NCBI GenBank assembly: GCA_026387235.1
Contig: JAPLMD010000026.1
Span: 973-64,972, forward strand
DNA length: 64,000 bases
From: Candidatus Omnitrophota bacterium
Lineage (GTDB): Bacteria > Omnitrophota > Gorgyraeia > Gorgyraeales > Gorgyraeaceae
Direction: 5' to 3'
In this document: in pieces, positions 10,828-19,397 of the stretch
How the letters are laid out: each line of letters begins with the position of its first letter
Position numbering within the stretch: position 1 is the first letter of the stretch
Position numbers and translations under genes: made by a program
Notes under the pieces: generated by a model
What the model was told of the DNA's origin: nothing
Database searches by the model: none
Seen by the model: the letters and a program-made list of their open reading frames with translations, nothing else

Positions 10828-11867
10828 ATATTTAACAGGTTATTTGTCTCGTCCCTTTTCCAGCCAAAATTTTTGGCGTATAAAAGAGAAATAATATTTT
10901 TCGTCTCATTTCTCTTCAACATCACATATCCAAGGATCGCGCCTATTGTAAAAGGATATCCGGAAAGGGCTCTCTTGACTTCTTTCAACAAGACCTCATG
11001 AAGGAAATTTTCTATAAGGGACATGTTTTCTTCTATAAGCTCTCTGACTTTGGCGTACGGGCCTAGCGCTACGCTATCCACGATCTTTGTAAGCCCGTCA
11101 GTCGTATAAAGGCTCGCGACGTTCTCTTTATTAATCCTCGCTCCGCCCGGAATCATCCATTCCAGGATATCGCCGGCTGCCAGGCTGTAATACTTCCTCA
11201 TCCTTATGAGCCAGTTTATGTTTTCGGTATCTATCTCTATGCCTATGACCCTTCTAGCTATCTCTTGATCGCGGGGAGAAAGCGATTCCGCGCAGGAAAG
11301 AATCCTCTGGCAATAATCAATATCCAAGCTGGCTTCCAGATAAAAAACAGATCCTTTTTCTTTGAATCTGTCCCGAGCGCGTAAAATAGGTTTTCTGTAA
11401 GGCGTGTCGTCCAGAAGAAGTATTATTTCCTCTATATTGGGAGCGTACATGATTTTTTTATAGTCTATATCAAAACTTATCTTCTCTCCTAAAATAAAAT
11501 CATCGGCGTTAACCGGTGTTTTTTTATTCCATATCCTCAATGCCGTCTTTAACTGTTCAAGCTCATACTTTTCTATAAAAAGGCTCATGAGTTCTTTTTC
11601 TGTTTTTCCCGGAGCGGATCTATATATCCTTCTGTATATACCCAAGTCATTTTTTATGAACAGCTTTTCGATAATCCTGAGATCCGTGATTTCTTTGGGG
11701 ATGCTTTCTATTGCGGCTTTATGATACGGCGATTCCTTTAACAGCTCCATGGCCTTATAAACATCTTCCGCCTCCAGCATCCTGGAAAATAAATCCGGGC
11801 TTATCAGGAATGAGATCATGGCCCTTATCTTGGCGTTGATAAAAGAATACGTGGCGAGTTCTCGCAT
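10821..11867 (-). CDS. atpC: V-type ATP synthase subunit C (d-subunit)
   Basis: 348 aa. N-terminus YSFINAKIRAMISFLIS matches the subunit C/d consensus (Y.Y.NARVRAM...L). Operon context. Confidence 0.7.
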   Translation of the reverse strand: MRELATYSFINAKIRAMISFLISPDLFSRMLEAEDVYKAMELLKESPYHKAAIESIPKEITDLRIIEKLFIKNDLGIYRRIYRSAPGKTEKELMSLFIEKYELEQLKTALRIWNKKTPVNADDFILGEKISFDIDYKKIMYAPNIEEIILLLDDTPYRKPILRARDRFKEKGSVFYLEASLDIDYCQRILSCAESLSPRDQEIARRVIGIEIDTENINWLIRMRKYYSLAAGDILEWMIPGGARINKENVASLYTTDGLTKIVDSVALGPYAKVRELIEENMSLIENFLHEVLLKEVKRALSGYPFTIGAILGYVMLKRNETKNIISLLYAKNFGWKRDETNNLLNIC

Positions 11868-11869
11868 AT

Positions 11870-12187
11870 CTAATCTTCTATGGTTATTATCCGAGAGAAA
11901 ATCTTCTTGGAAACCTCGGAGATGTCCTTGTCTTTTCTCTCTTTAATGGCAAGGGTTTCTTCCCTGACTGCTTTAAGAACATTTTCTTTTTCAGACATAA
12001 ATCTTTTTTCTGATTTTTCTTTTTCTTTATGGCTGGAATCGTCTGCTTCTATAGCTGCTCTGTCTATTATATTTTCTTTTTCTTTTTTAGCGTCTCTCGC
12101 GATGCGCTCGGCCTCTTCTTTTGCGTCCTGAAGTATCTTACCGGCCCTTTCCTCTTCCTTCAGAATCTTTTCAATCGCGTCTTTCAT
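11870..12187 (-). CDS. V-type ATP synthase subunit G/H (small coiled-coil stator subunit)
   Basis: 105 aa. Entirely Lys/Glu-rich coiled coil. First gene of the operon, as in Thermus-type atpG. Confidence 0.5.
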   Translation of the reverse strand: MKDAIEKILKEEERAGKILQDAKEEAERIARDAKKEKENIIDRAAIEADDSSHKEKEKSEKRFMSEKENVLKAVREETLAIKERKDKDISEVSKKIFSRIITIED

Positions 12188-12190
12188 GAT

Positions 12191-12757
12191 TTAGCGGCTC
12201 CCCGGTTTTATTATCTCAACGCCCTTTTTGCATAAAGGGCAATCCTCAGGCTTATAGGCGGGAAAATCAAGCCTTACCAGACTTTTTAATTTTACACCAA
12301 AATCAAGGGTTTTTCCACTTCTATTTACCACGCAGCCCACGCCTATTATCCCGGCGCCTTTTGATCTCACTGCCTCCAATACCTCATTCGTAGAAAGGCC
12401 TGTTGTTATAACATCTTCAACCACAAGGACCCTGTCTTCTTTTTTTAATTCAAAACCTCTCCTTAAGGTCATTTTGCCTTCTACCCGCTCTGTGAATAAA
12501 GATTTTACTCTTAAAGCGCGTCCTGTTTCATAAGAAACTATTATCCCTCCCAGGGCAGGCGCCACTACGCAGGTAGGCAAATCATCTTTAAAATAATCCG
12601 CCAGTTCCCCGCATAATTCTTCAGCTATATCAGGATACTGCAATAAAAGCGCGCACTGAAAATAATTCCCGCTATGAAGCCCGCTCGAAAGCATGAAATG
12701 CCCTTTCAATAAGGCTCCTGTTTCTTCAAATAATTTTAAAATCTCTTGTTCTTTCAA
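12191..12757 (-). CDS. pyrE: Orotate phosphoribosyltransferase. Apparent TTG start with AAGGAG RBS 6 nt upstream.
   Basis: 188 aa. GHF.LSSG.HS.Y and PRPP-binding VLVVEDVITTGLS motifs. Confidence 0.85.
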   Translation of the reverse strand: MKEQEILKLFEETGALLKGHFMLSSGLHSGNYFQCALLLQYPDIAEELCGELADYFKDDLPTCVVAPALGGIIVSYETGRALRVKSLFTERVEGKMTLRRGFELKKEDRVLVVEDVITTGLSTNEVLEAVRSKGAGIIGVGCVVNRSGKTLDFGVKLKSLVRLDFPAYKPEDCPLCKKGVEIIKPGSR

Positions 12758-12768
12758 AAAAACTCCTT

Positions 12769-12824
12769 ACCTTGGTCCACCTGACAGGTGAGCCAAATGG
12801 CTCACCTGTCAGGTGGACCAAGGT
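12769..12824. repeat. Perfect 27-bp-stem palindrome (2-nt loop) between pyrF and pyrE. Copy 1 of a repeated palindromic element.
   Basis: accttggtccacctgacaggtgagcca|atggctcacctgtcaggtggaccaaggt. Every position 12769-12824 pairs with its mirror, as verified by hand. Core GGTCCACCTG(A/C)CAGGTGAGCC recurs at 58386-58436. Confidence 0.8.
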
Positions 12825-12826
12825 TC

Positions 12827-13519
12827 TCAAATTGTTCTAAATGCCTTGACCGGATCTTTGGCCTTTGTAACAGGCCTTCCTATCACAATATAATCCGCGC
12901 CCCGTTCAAACGCTTCTTTGGGAGTCGCTACCCTTTTCTGGTCCCCGGCCTCACTCCCTTCAGGCCTTACGCCAGGCGTAACTATTAAAAAATCTCTTCC
13001 TGTATTTTTTCTTACCGCGATTATTTCCTCCGGGGACGCTACCACGCCGTCTAAACCTGCGTCCCTGGCCAATTTCGCCAGATTCAAAACCTGCTCTTCG
13101 GGCGATTTATTTACTCCGGATCTTTTCAAAGCTTCTCCATCCATGCTGGTAAGGACTGTTACCCCTAAGATCTTCGGCCTTGATATCCCCAGTTTCCCGC
13201 TTTCTTCTTCCGCAGCCTCTACAGCCTTTTTCATCATGCTATCCCCGCCTGACGCGTGCACGTTAAACATAAACACGCCGAACCTGACAGCTGCTTTGCT
13301 GGCGGCATAAACCGTATTCGGGATATCGTGAAATTTCAGGTCCAGAAAAATATCCTTGTCGTATTTTTTGACAAGATCTATCGCTTTCGGCCCGCAGGAA
13401 TAGAATAACTCCATGCCTATTTTAAAAATCTGCGCCTCGGGGCTTAAAATATCCAAAAGCCGCTCTTCTTCTTTAAGGGTATTCACATCCAGCGCTATTA
13501 TAATTCTATCTTTTATCAT
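12827..13519 (-). CDS. pyrF: Orotidine-5'-phosphate decarboxylase
   Basis: 230 aa. IIALD...FKIG...DLKFHDIPNT motifs of OMP decarboxylase. Confidence 0.85.
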   Translation of the reverse strand: MIKDRIIIALDVNTLKEEERLLDILSPEAQIFKIGMELFYSCGPKAIDLVKKYDKDIFLDLKFHDIPNTVYAASKAAVRFGVFMFNVHASGGDSMMKKAVEAAEEESGKLGISRPKILGVTVLTSMDGEALKRSGVNKSPEEQVLNLAKLARDAGLDGVVASPEEIIAVRKNTGRDFLIVTPGVRPEGSEAGDQKRVATPKEAFERGADYIVIGRPVTKAKDPVKAFRTI

Positions 13520-14441
13520 TCAAGCCGCCTACAATGTCTTCGATTTTTTCTATTTTATGCTTCCTTAGATACGCTTCGATACCTTTTACTATTTTCCCGC
13601 ATATACCGGGCTCTACAAAATTAGCAGTGCCTACCTGTATAGCCATAGCGCCTGCCAGCATAAATTCAATAGCGTCATCGCTATTCATTATACCACCTGC
13701 GCCTATAACGGGGATATTAATATTCTTCGAGACTTCATAGACCATTCTCAGGGCTATTGGTTTTATGCATGGCCCGCTCAAACCGCCTGTAATATTGCCG
13801 AGTTTCGGCTTTCTCGCATCTATGTCTATAGCCATTCCCAAAAACGTATTCACCAGGCTTACCGCGTCCGAACCCGCGTTCTCCGCCGCCTCGGCAATCT
13901 CAACTATATCCGTCACATTAGGAGAAAGTTTTGTAATGAGGGCTTTATTCGTTACCTTCCTCACGGCCTTTACAACTTCATACGTTGCTTTAGCATCCTG
14001 CGCTACCAGCCTTTTGCTTTTAAGATTAGGGCACGATATATTCAGCTCTATGCCTCTTATATTCTTTATCTTATCAATCCTTCTGGCAAGAATAAAAAAT
14101 TCGTCTATATTATTCCCGGATATGCTCACTATGATAGGGGCTCCTATTTTAGAGAGATACGGCATTTTTTCCTTTATGAAATCATCTACGCCTTCGTTCT
14201 GAAGCCCTATCGCATTGAGCATCCCGGCTTGGGTCTCGCATATCCTGGGCATAGGATTGCCCTGTTTCGGGTTTAACGTTATGGTCTTCGTAATAATTGC
14301 TCCTATTTCTGCCAAGTTAACCAGTTCTTCGAATTCCTTAGCGTACCCGAACGCGCCTGACGCAGCCATCACAGGATTTTTAAGCCTTATCTTTCCTATC
14401 TTCACTCCCAACATTCCCATTTTTCTTCTCCCGCCATCCAT
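13506..14441 (-). CDS. pyrD: Dihydroorotate dehydrogenase, class 1B catalytic subunit
   Basis: 311 aa. NAIGLQNEG, ELNISCPN and GGI..G.DA motifs of the PyrD TIM barrel. Adjacent to pyrK. Confidence 0.9.
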   Translation of the reverse strand: MDGGRRKMGMLGVKIGKIRLKNPVMAASGAFGYAKEFEELVNLAEIGAIITKTITLNPKQGNPMPRICETQAGMLNAIGLQNEGVDDFIKEKMPYLSKIGAPIIVSISGNNIDEFFILARRIDKIKNIRGIELNISCPNLKSKRLVAQDAKATYEVVKAVRKVTNKALITKLSPNVTDIVEIAEAAENAGSDAVSLVNTFLGMAIDIDARKPKLGNITGGLSGPCIKPIALRMVYEVSKNINIPVIGAGGIMNSDDAIEFMLAGAMAIQVGTANFVEPGICGKIVKGIEAYLRKHKIEKIEDIVGGLNDKR

Positions 14442-14448
14442 TTGAGTT

Positions 14449-15255
14449 TTACCAAATTAACTCGGAGGCGTTAAACACCGGGCCGTCTTTGCAGGCAAGC
14501 TTACTGCCTGATTTCGTTTTGACGACGCACCCGAGGCACGCGCCGATCCCGCAGGCCATCTTTTCCTCTAACGACACCTGGCATTCAAAATTCCTTTCCA
14601 GGCATATATCCGCAATGCATCTGAGCATGCCGTGCGGCCCGCAAACATATACAATAGTTTCAAACTTGCTTTCCGTAGTCTTCAGGATTTTATGGAACAG
14701 CTTCGACACAAAACCCTTGCAGCCATAAGTGCCGTCGTCAGTGGAAACATAAACCTCAGGCGCAGCTTTTTTAAAATCCTTTTCGCATAAAATAAGGCTT
14801 CTTGTTTTCGCGCCTATCAAGACTATTGTTTTTATCTTATTCTTCTTTAGCTCCTCCGCCAGATATACAAGCGGCGCGGCGCCTATGCCGCCGGCAATTA
14901 TAATGGCCCTGGGTTCCAGATTGGAAGTTCCGGGCAGGATAAAACCGTTTCCCAATGGCCCGAGAACATCCACAAATTCTCCGTCTTTTTTCTTAGACAA
15001 AACCTCTGTGCCCTTGCCGACCACCTCATACAGAATCTCTATGCCCCTTTTTACCTTATGTATGCTGAAAGGCCTTCTCAAAAGCGGCTCCGAAGAATCA
15101 CTGCACCTGATCTCCACAAACTGCCCTGGTTTTACAATCCTCGCGATATAAGAGGCGTCGAGATGCATCTTATAATAAGCCGGGCCGACTTTATTATTCG
15201 AGTAGATTTTCGCTTTAATGTCTTTCATGTCAGAATAAATCCAATTGTTTTTCAC
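14449..15255 (-). CDS. pyrK: Dihydroorotate dehydrogenase electron-transfer subunit (FAD / 2Fe-2S)
   Basis: 268 aa. FNR-like FAD/NAD fold with C-terminal Cys cluster (CGPHGML...ACGIGACLGCVV). Confidence 0.85.
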   Translation of the reverse strand: MKNNWIYSDMKDIKAKIYSNNKVGPAYYKMHLDASYIARIVKPGQFVEIRCSDSSEPLLRRPFSIHKVKRGIEILYEVVGKGTEVLSKKKDGEFVDVLGPLGNGFILPGTSNLEPRAIIIAGGIGAAPLVYLAEELKKNKIKTIVLIGAKTRSLILCEKDFKKAAPEVYVSTDDGTYGCKGFVSKLFHKILKTTESKFETIVYVCGPHGMLRCIADICLERNFECQVSLEEKMACGIGACLGCVVKTKSGSKLACKDGPVFNASELIW

Positions 15256-16462
15256 CTGCGGAATCTTTTTCTTTTAATATCTCTATTTCGCCGTATTCCC
15301 CGTCAAAACCAGGCAGAATATTTACATTTCCGTTTCTAACGTTTACGATCGCCTTTGCTATTTTTATCGGCAATTCTTTCAAGAGTTTATCCTCGCTGAC
15401 TTCCATCAATACCTCAAGCTCTGTGCCAAGCCGCGGTATTATAGCGCGGTACTCCGCGCTAACCGCTTTAGAAGCATCGCCTACGCCCAGCGTGTCAGCT
15501 ATTATCTCTGCAAGCGGTATCATTCTTTTATAAGGGATGCTGTTCTCCGGGATAAAACCTTCCGGCCTGTCCGCAAGTTCTAAGACCCTGTTCATAACTC
15601 CTATTGTAAGAGGTTTTCCGCACTTAGGGCAAATATTTTTATTCTTTTTTGTTTCGCCGGGGCTGAGCCTGACATTGCACAAGCGATGGCCGTCGTAGTG
15701 ATACTTGCCCTCTTCAGGAAAAAATTCAATGGTAGATAAAAATTTCTTTTTATCTTTTTTCTTCAATGCGTCCAGTATAGCTTTATAGCTCATCTCAGTA
15801 TCAAATACATTCGCTTCTCTCCCTATTTTCTGAGGGCTGTGAGAATCAGAATTTGATAAGAGGGCGAATCTGTCCAGCTTGCTCCATTGCCAATTCATGC
15901 CGGGGTCTGAAGAAAGCCCTGTCTCCAAGGCGTAAATGTCTTTGGCGTATTCTTCAAAACATTCTTCTATTGAATCAAAACCTGACTTAGAGCCAAAAAG
16001 CGAGAACCAGGGGGTCCATATATGCCCCGGCACCAGAAAGACATCTTTACTGATGCCGAATAAAATCTCTGCCAGGTCTTTAGCGTCAATGCCTATGATA
16101 GGCCTCCCGTCATACGCAATATTCCCATAACCCGAAAGAGTAGAATTTATTTTATCGGCAATATCAAAACTCGGCACAAAAATAACATTATGAATTTTTC
16201 TGACCTTGCCGTTTTTCGAATAGATACTGGATACCTCTCCCGTGAGCATAAAATTCACGCCGTTATATTCAAATAAACCGTTTCCGGAATCTTTCAGGGT
16301 GTTTTTCAATTCTTCAAGCCACAGGTGGTGCGTGAAATCACCTGTGCCCAGCAAAGATATGCCTTTAAGCTTCGCGTATTCCGAAAGCGTCTTTATGTTC
16401 ATGTCAGGGCTTGTGGCGCGGCTGTATTTGGAATGTATGTGGAAATCAGCTATAAACTTCAT
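15230..16462 (-). CDS. PHP-domain protein with C-terminal zinc ribbon, endonuclease Q-like (TIGR00375-type)
   Basis: 410 aa. N-terminal PHP metal site ADFHIHSKYSRATS...GTGDFTHH. C-terminal CPKCGKPLTIGV zinc-finger-like element. Architecture matches the EndoQ family. Confidence 0.5.
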   Translation of the reverse strand: MKFIADFHIHSKYSRATSPDMNIKTLSEYAKLKGISLLGTGDFTHHLWLEELKNTLKDSGNGLFEYNGVNFMLTGEVSSIYSKNGKVRKIHNVIFVPSFDIADKINSTLSGYGNIAYDGRPIIGIDAKDLAEILFGISKDVFLVPGHIWTPWFSLFGSKSGFDSIEECFEEYAKDIYALETGLSSDPGMNWQWSKLDRFALLSNSDSHSPQKIGREANVFDTEMSYKAILDALKKKDKKKFLSTIEFFPEEGKYHYDGHRLCNVRLSPGETKKNKNICPKCGKPLTIGVMNRVLELADRPEGFIPENSIPYKRMIPLAEIIADTLGVGDASKAVSAEYRAIIPRLGTELEVLMEVSEDKLLKELPIKIAKAIVNVRNGNVNILPGFDGEYGEIEILKEKDSAGEKQLDLF

Positions 16463-17733
16463 GCCTTGTATATGACCTTTCCTTTATATATCGTATATTC
16501 TACAACGCCTTTTAATTTCCTGCCGATGAAGGCTGAATTTTTAGACCTGGATACAAAATCTTGTTTTTTCACCAGCCATTCTTTATCAGGAGAAATAATA
16601 ACTATATCAGCATCCTTACCCGGCCCTAAAGTTCCTTTATCTATACCCAGAACATTCGCGGGATTAAGAGAAATCTTTTTTACAAGCTCGCTCCAGGTTA
16701 ATATCCTGCGGTCTATAAGTTCGGTGATGCTTACCGCAAGCTCTGTTTCCAAACCTATGCTTCCGAATTCCGCATACTCGAATTCTATATCTTTTTCATT
16801 CTCAGTGTGAGGCGCGTGGTCAGACGCAATAACATCTATTGTGCCGTCTTTCAACCCCTCTCTTATCGCGAGAACATCGTCTTCTGCCCTTAAGGGCGGG
16901 TTGACTTTCATATTTGTATTATAGCCCAGCAGATCTTTTTCATTCAAAGTAAAATAATGCGGGGCGGTTTCCGCAGTCACTTTCACGCCTTTTTTCTTCG
17001 CCTTTCTTATTATCTCCACTGATTCGCCGCAGCTTACGTGGGCAATATGGACGCCGGCGCCTGATTTTTCCGCAAGCATAATATCTCTGGCCACCCTTTT
17101 ATATTCGGATTCTTTTGAAATACCCCTCAGGCCGAGCTTTGTGGACGTAAAACCTAAATTAACCACGCCTTTACCTGAAAGCGACTTATCCTCTGAATGG
17201 CATATTACAGGAATCTTTTCTTTTTTCGCCTTTTCAAACGCCCTTAACATTAACTCGTCATTGTCAACTGACGCGCCGTCGTCTGAAATAGCAACTATCC
17301 CTTCTTTTTTTAATGCCTGGATGTCGGTTAACTCCCGGCCGGCCCTTCCGATTGTAATTGCGCCGCATATAAATACATCCACGTTCGCAGTATTTTTAAC
17401 AATATCTTTCAGCGTTTTGATAATCTCTATCGAGTCAAGGCTGGGTAAAGTGTTCGGCATAGCCAGAACGCTGGTAACGCCTCCTTTACCTGCGGCTTTT
17501 GTGCCGCTACTGACAGTCTCCTTGTCTTCTCTGCCAGGCTCCCTCAAATGCACGTGCATGTCAACAATACCTGGCATGACTATTTTACCTGCGGCATCGA
17601 TTAAAGTATCAGCTTTAACGTCTATGCCCCTGGCCGCCTTGGATATCTTCCCGTCTTCTACGAGAATGTCCATGACCTCTTCTATCTTACCGGCCGGGTC
17701 TATCACGCGTCCATTTTTAATGAGTAATTTCAT
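16459..17733 (-). CDS. pyrC: Dihydroorotase
   Basis: 424 aa. VDMHVHLREPG metal-binding motif. Amidohydrolase fold. Confidence 0.9.
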   Translation of the reverse strand: MKLLIKNGRVIDPAGKIEEVMDILVEDGKISKAARGIDVKADTLIDAAGKIVMPGIVDMHVHLREPGREDKETVSSGTKAAGKGGVTSVLAMPNTLPSLDSIEIIKTLKDIVKNTANVDVFICGAITIGRAGRELTDIQALKKEGIVAISDDGASVDNDELMLRAFEKAKKEKIPVICHSEDKSLSGKGVVNLGFTSTKLGLRGISKESEYKRVARDIMLAEKSGAGVHIAHVSCGESVEIIRKAKKKGVKVTAETAPHYFTLNEKDLLGYNTNMKVNPPLRAEDDVLAIREGLKDGTIDVIASDHAPHTENEKDIEFEYAEFGSIGLETELAVSITELIDRRILTWSELVKKISLNPANVLGIDKGTLGPGKDADIVIISPDKEWLVKKQDFVSRSKNSAFIGRKLKGVVEYTIYKGKVIYKA

Positions 17734-18685
17734 CTTTTTTATCCTTATCCCGCGCCTGAGACACCCAGAATAAAACCGCCATCCTGACAGCTATGCCGTT
17801 AGTAACCTGCTCCAATATAACGGAATTCACGCCGTCCGCAACCTCGCTTGATATTTCAACGCCTCTATTTATCGGCCCGGGGTGCATTACAATAATGCCC
17901 TTCTTGGCCTTTTTCAGCCTCTCTTCTGTGATGCCGAATTTCTTAAAATATTCCAACTGGCTCGGAAACGCCTTCATGTCATCCCGCTCGAACTGCATCC
18001 TTAAAACATTTATGGCGTCTGAGCCGCTAAGCGCCTCATCTATATCGTTAGTAATTTTAACGTTCATATTTTCTATGCCCGGAGGGATCAGAATGCCGGG
18101 CGCGCAGACAGTCACATTGGCCCCGAACTTGGTCAATCCCCATATATTTGAACGCGCGACGCGCGAATGCGCAATGTCGCCCACTATGCTCACGTTCAGG
18201 CCTTCCAGCCTGCCTGTTTTCTTCCTCAAGGTAAACATGTCCAAAAGCGCCTGCGTCGGGTGCTCGTGCCAGCCGTCGCCCGCGTTTATTACGCTTATGC
18301 TTACATTCCGCGCCAGCATGTCAGCAGCGCCGGAACAGTTATGCCTCACCACGATAATATCTGCCTTCAGCGCCTCTATGTTTTTGCCTGTATCATTAAG
18401 CGTTTCTCCTTTTTTTACGCTGGAAGACTCTACTGCAATGTTTATGACATCAGCTGACAGTCTCTTGGCAGCCACTTCAAAGGATACCCTGGTCCTGGTG
18501 GATGGCTCATAAAAAAGATTGACTACTGTTTTACCGCGCAGGGCAGGGACTTTCTTGATCTTTCTATCCAGGATTTCCCTGAAAGATTCAGCCGTGTCTA
18601 AAAGCAGCTCGATGTCCTCTTTTGAAAGATATTCCAACCCCAGGAGGTCCTTATGAACCCATTTTGCTGTTTTCTTCTTTGTCAT
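17717..18685 (-). CDS. pyrB: Aspartate carbamoyltransferase catalytic subunit
   Basis: 322 aa. STRTR carbamoyl-phosphate-binding motif. HP.Q and VMHPGP motifs. Confidence 0.9.
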   Translation of the reverse strand: MTKKKTAKWVHKDLLGLEYLSKEDIELLLDTAESFREILDRKIKKVPALRGKTVVNLFYEPSTRTRVSFEVAAKRLSADVINIAVESSSVKKGETLNDTGKNIEALKADIIVVRHNCSGAADMLARNVSISVINAGDGWHEHPTQALLDMFTLRKKTGRLEGLNVSIVGDIAHSRVARSNIWGLTKFGANVTVCAPGILIPPGIENMNVKITNDIDEALSGSDAINVLRMQFERDDMKAFPSQLEYFKKFGITEERLKKAKKGIIVMHPGPINRGVEISSEVADGVNSVILEQVTNGIAVRMAVLFWVSQARDKDKKDEITH

Positions 18686-19221
18686 TCCCCGGTTTCCTCT
18701 ATGCCGACGCTATCCTCATTATCCGTCTCCTGCAATTTCACCTGCACAAGCTCTTTCTGCGAAGTAGGGATATTTTTCCCCACGTAATCAGCCCGGATAG
18801 GAAGCTCGCGATGGCCCCTGTCTATAAGGACCGCGAGCTGTATTGTCTTAGGCCTTCCAAAATCTATAAGGGCGTCCAACGCGCACCTGATAGTGCGGCC
18901 CGTATATAAAACATCATCCACAAGCACTATATTTTTATTCTCTATGTCAAAGTCTATCTCGGTATTATGAATCACGGGCTGTTCGGATATGGCGCTCAGA
19001 TCGTCCCTGTAAAAGGTTATATCCAAAGCTCCCACGTCTAATTTCGTGCCGTATAGATTATTTATCACTTTTGCGATGCGCTCCGCCAGGACATACCCCC
19101 TGGTTCTTATCCCTACTATGGCAAGGTCCTTGACGCCTTTATTGTTTTCTATAATCTCATGGCTTATCCTTGTAATCGAACGCTCTATTTCTTCTTTTGT
19201 GAAAACTTGTTTTAGAGGCAT
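18682..19221 (-). CDS. pyrR: Bifunctional pyr operon regulator / uracil phosphoribosyltransferase PyrR
   Basis: 179 aa. PRT-type motif [19 protein letters not shown] start with AGGAGA RBS. First gene of the pyr operon. Confidence 0.9.
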   Translation of the reverse strand: MPLKQVFTKEEIERSITRISHEIIENNKGVKDLAIVGIRTRGYVLAERIAKVINNLYGTKLDVGALDITFYRDDLSAISEQPVIHNTEIDFDIENKNIVLVDDVLYTGRTIRCALDALIDFGRPKTIQLAVLIDRGHRELPIRADYVGKNIPTSQKELVQVKLQETDNEDSVGIEETGE

Positions 19222-19237
19222 GCTATCTCCTGGTTAG

Positions 19238-19350
19238 ATAAAATGAAATGGGCTTAACCATTTCTGATTAAGCCCATTATATACTAAAATTATAAAATCC
19301 GCTATATTCACTTTTTACTCCCTTTCCAGCCTCTCTGTGCTGATTTAAAG
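19238..19350 (-). promoter_or_regulatory. PyrR-dependent transcription attenuator: PyrR binding loop plus intrinsic terminator in the pyr leader
   Basis: Leader RNA (minus strand) contains UUUAAAUCAGCACAGAGAGGCUGGAAAGG (19321-19350). This is a near-match to the Bacillus PyrR binding-loop consensus UUUAA.UCCAGAGAGGCU.GCAAGG. Downstream lies the hairpin GGGCUUAAUCAGAAAUGGUUAAGCCC (19250-19275), followed by AUUUCAUUUUAUCU and then the RBS/ATG of pyrR. Confidence 0.75.
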
Positions 19351-19365
19351 GTACTTACTAGTGTT

Positions 19366-19397
19366 AAATTATACCACCTATTTTTAGAATGTCAAGG
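19366..19397 (-). promoter_or_regulatory. Sigma70-type promoter of the pyr operon
   Basis: Minus strand reads TTGACA-(16 nt)-TGgTATAAT. The -35 is the reverse complement of 19390-19395 and the extended -10 is the reverse complement of 19368-19376. It lies about 15 nt upstream of the PyrR binding loop. The -35 overlaps the stop codon of the upstream radical SAM gene. Confidence 0.6.

Noticed and set aside
12769-12824. Intrinsic terminator between pyrF and pyrE
   Set aside because: The hairpin is very stable, but the U-tract on the mRNA lies 11 nt downstream of the stem (after AAGGUAAGGAG, the pyrE RBS) and not adjacent to it. It is therefore classified as a palindromic repeat element.
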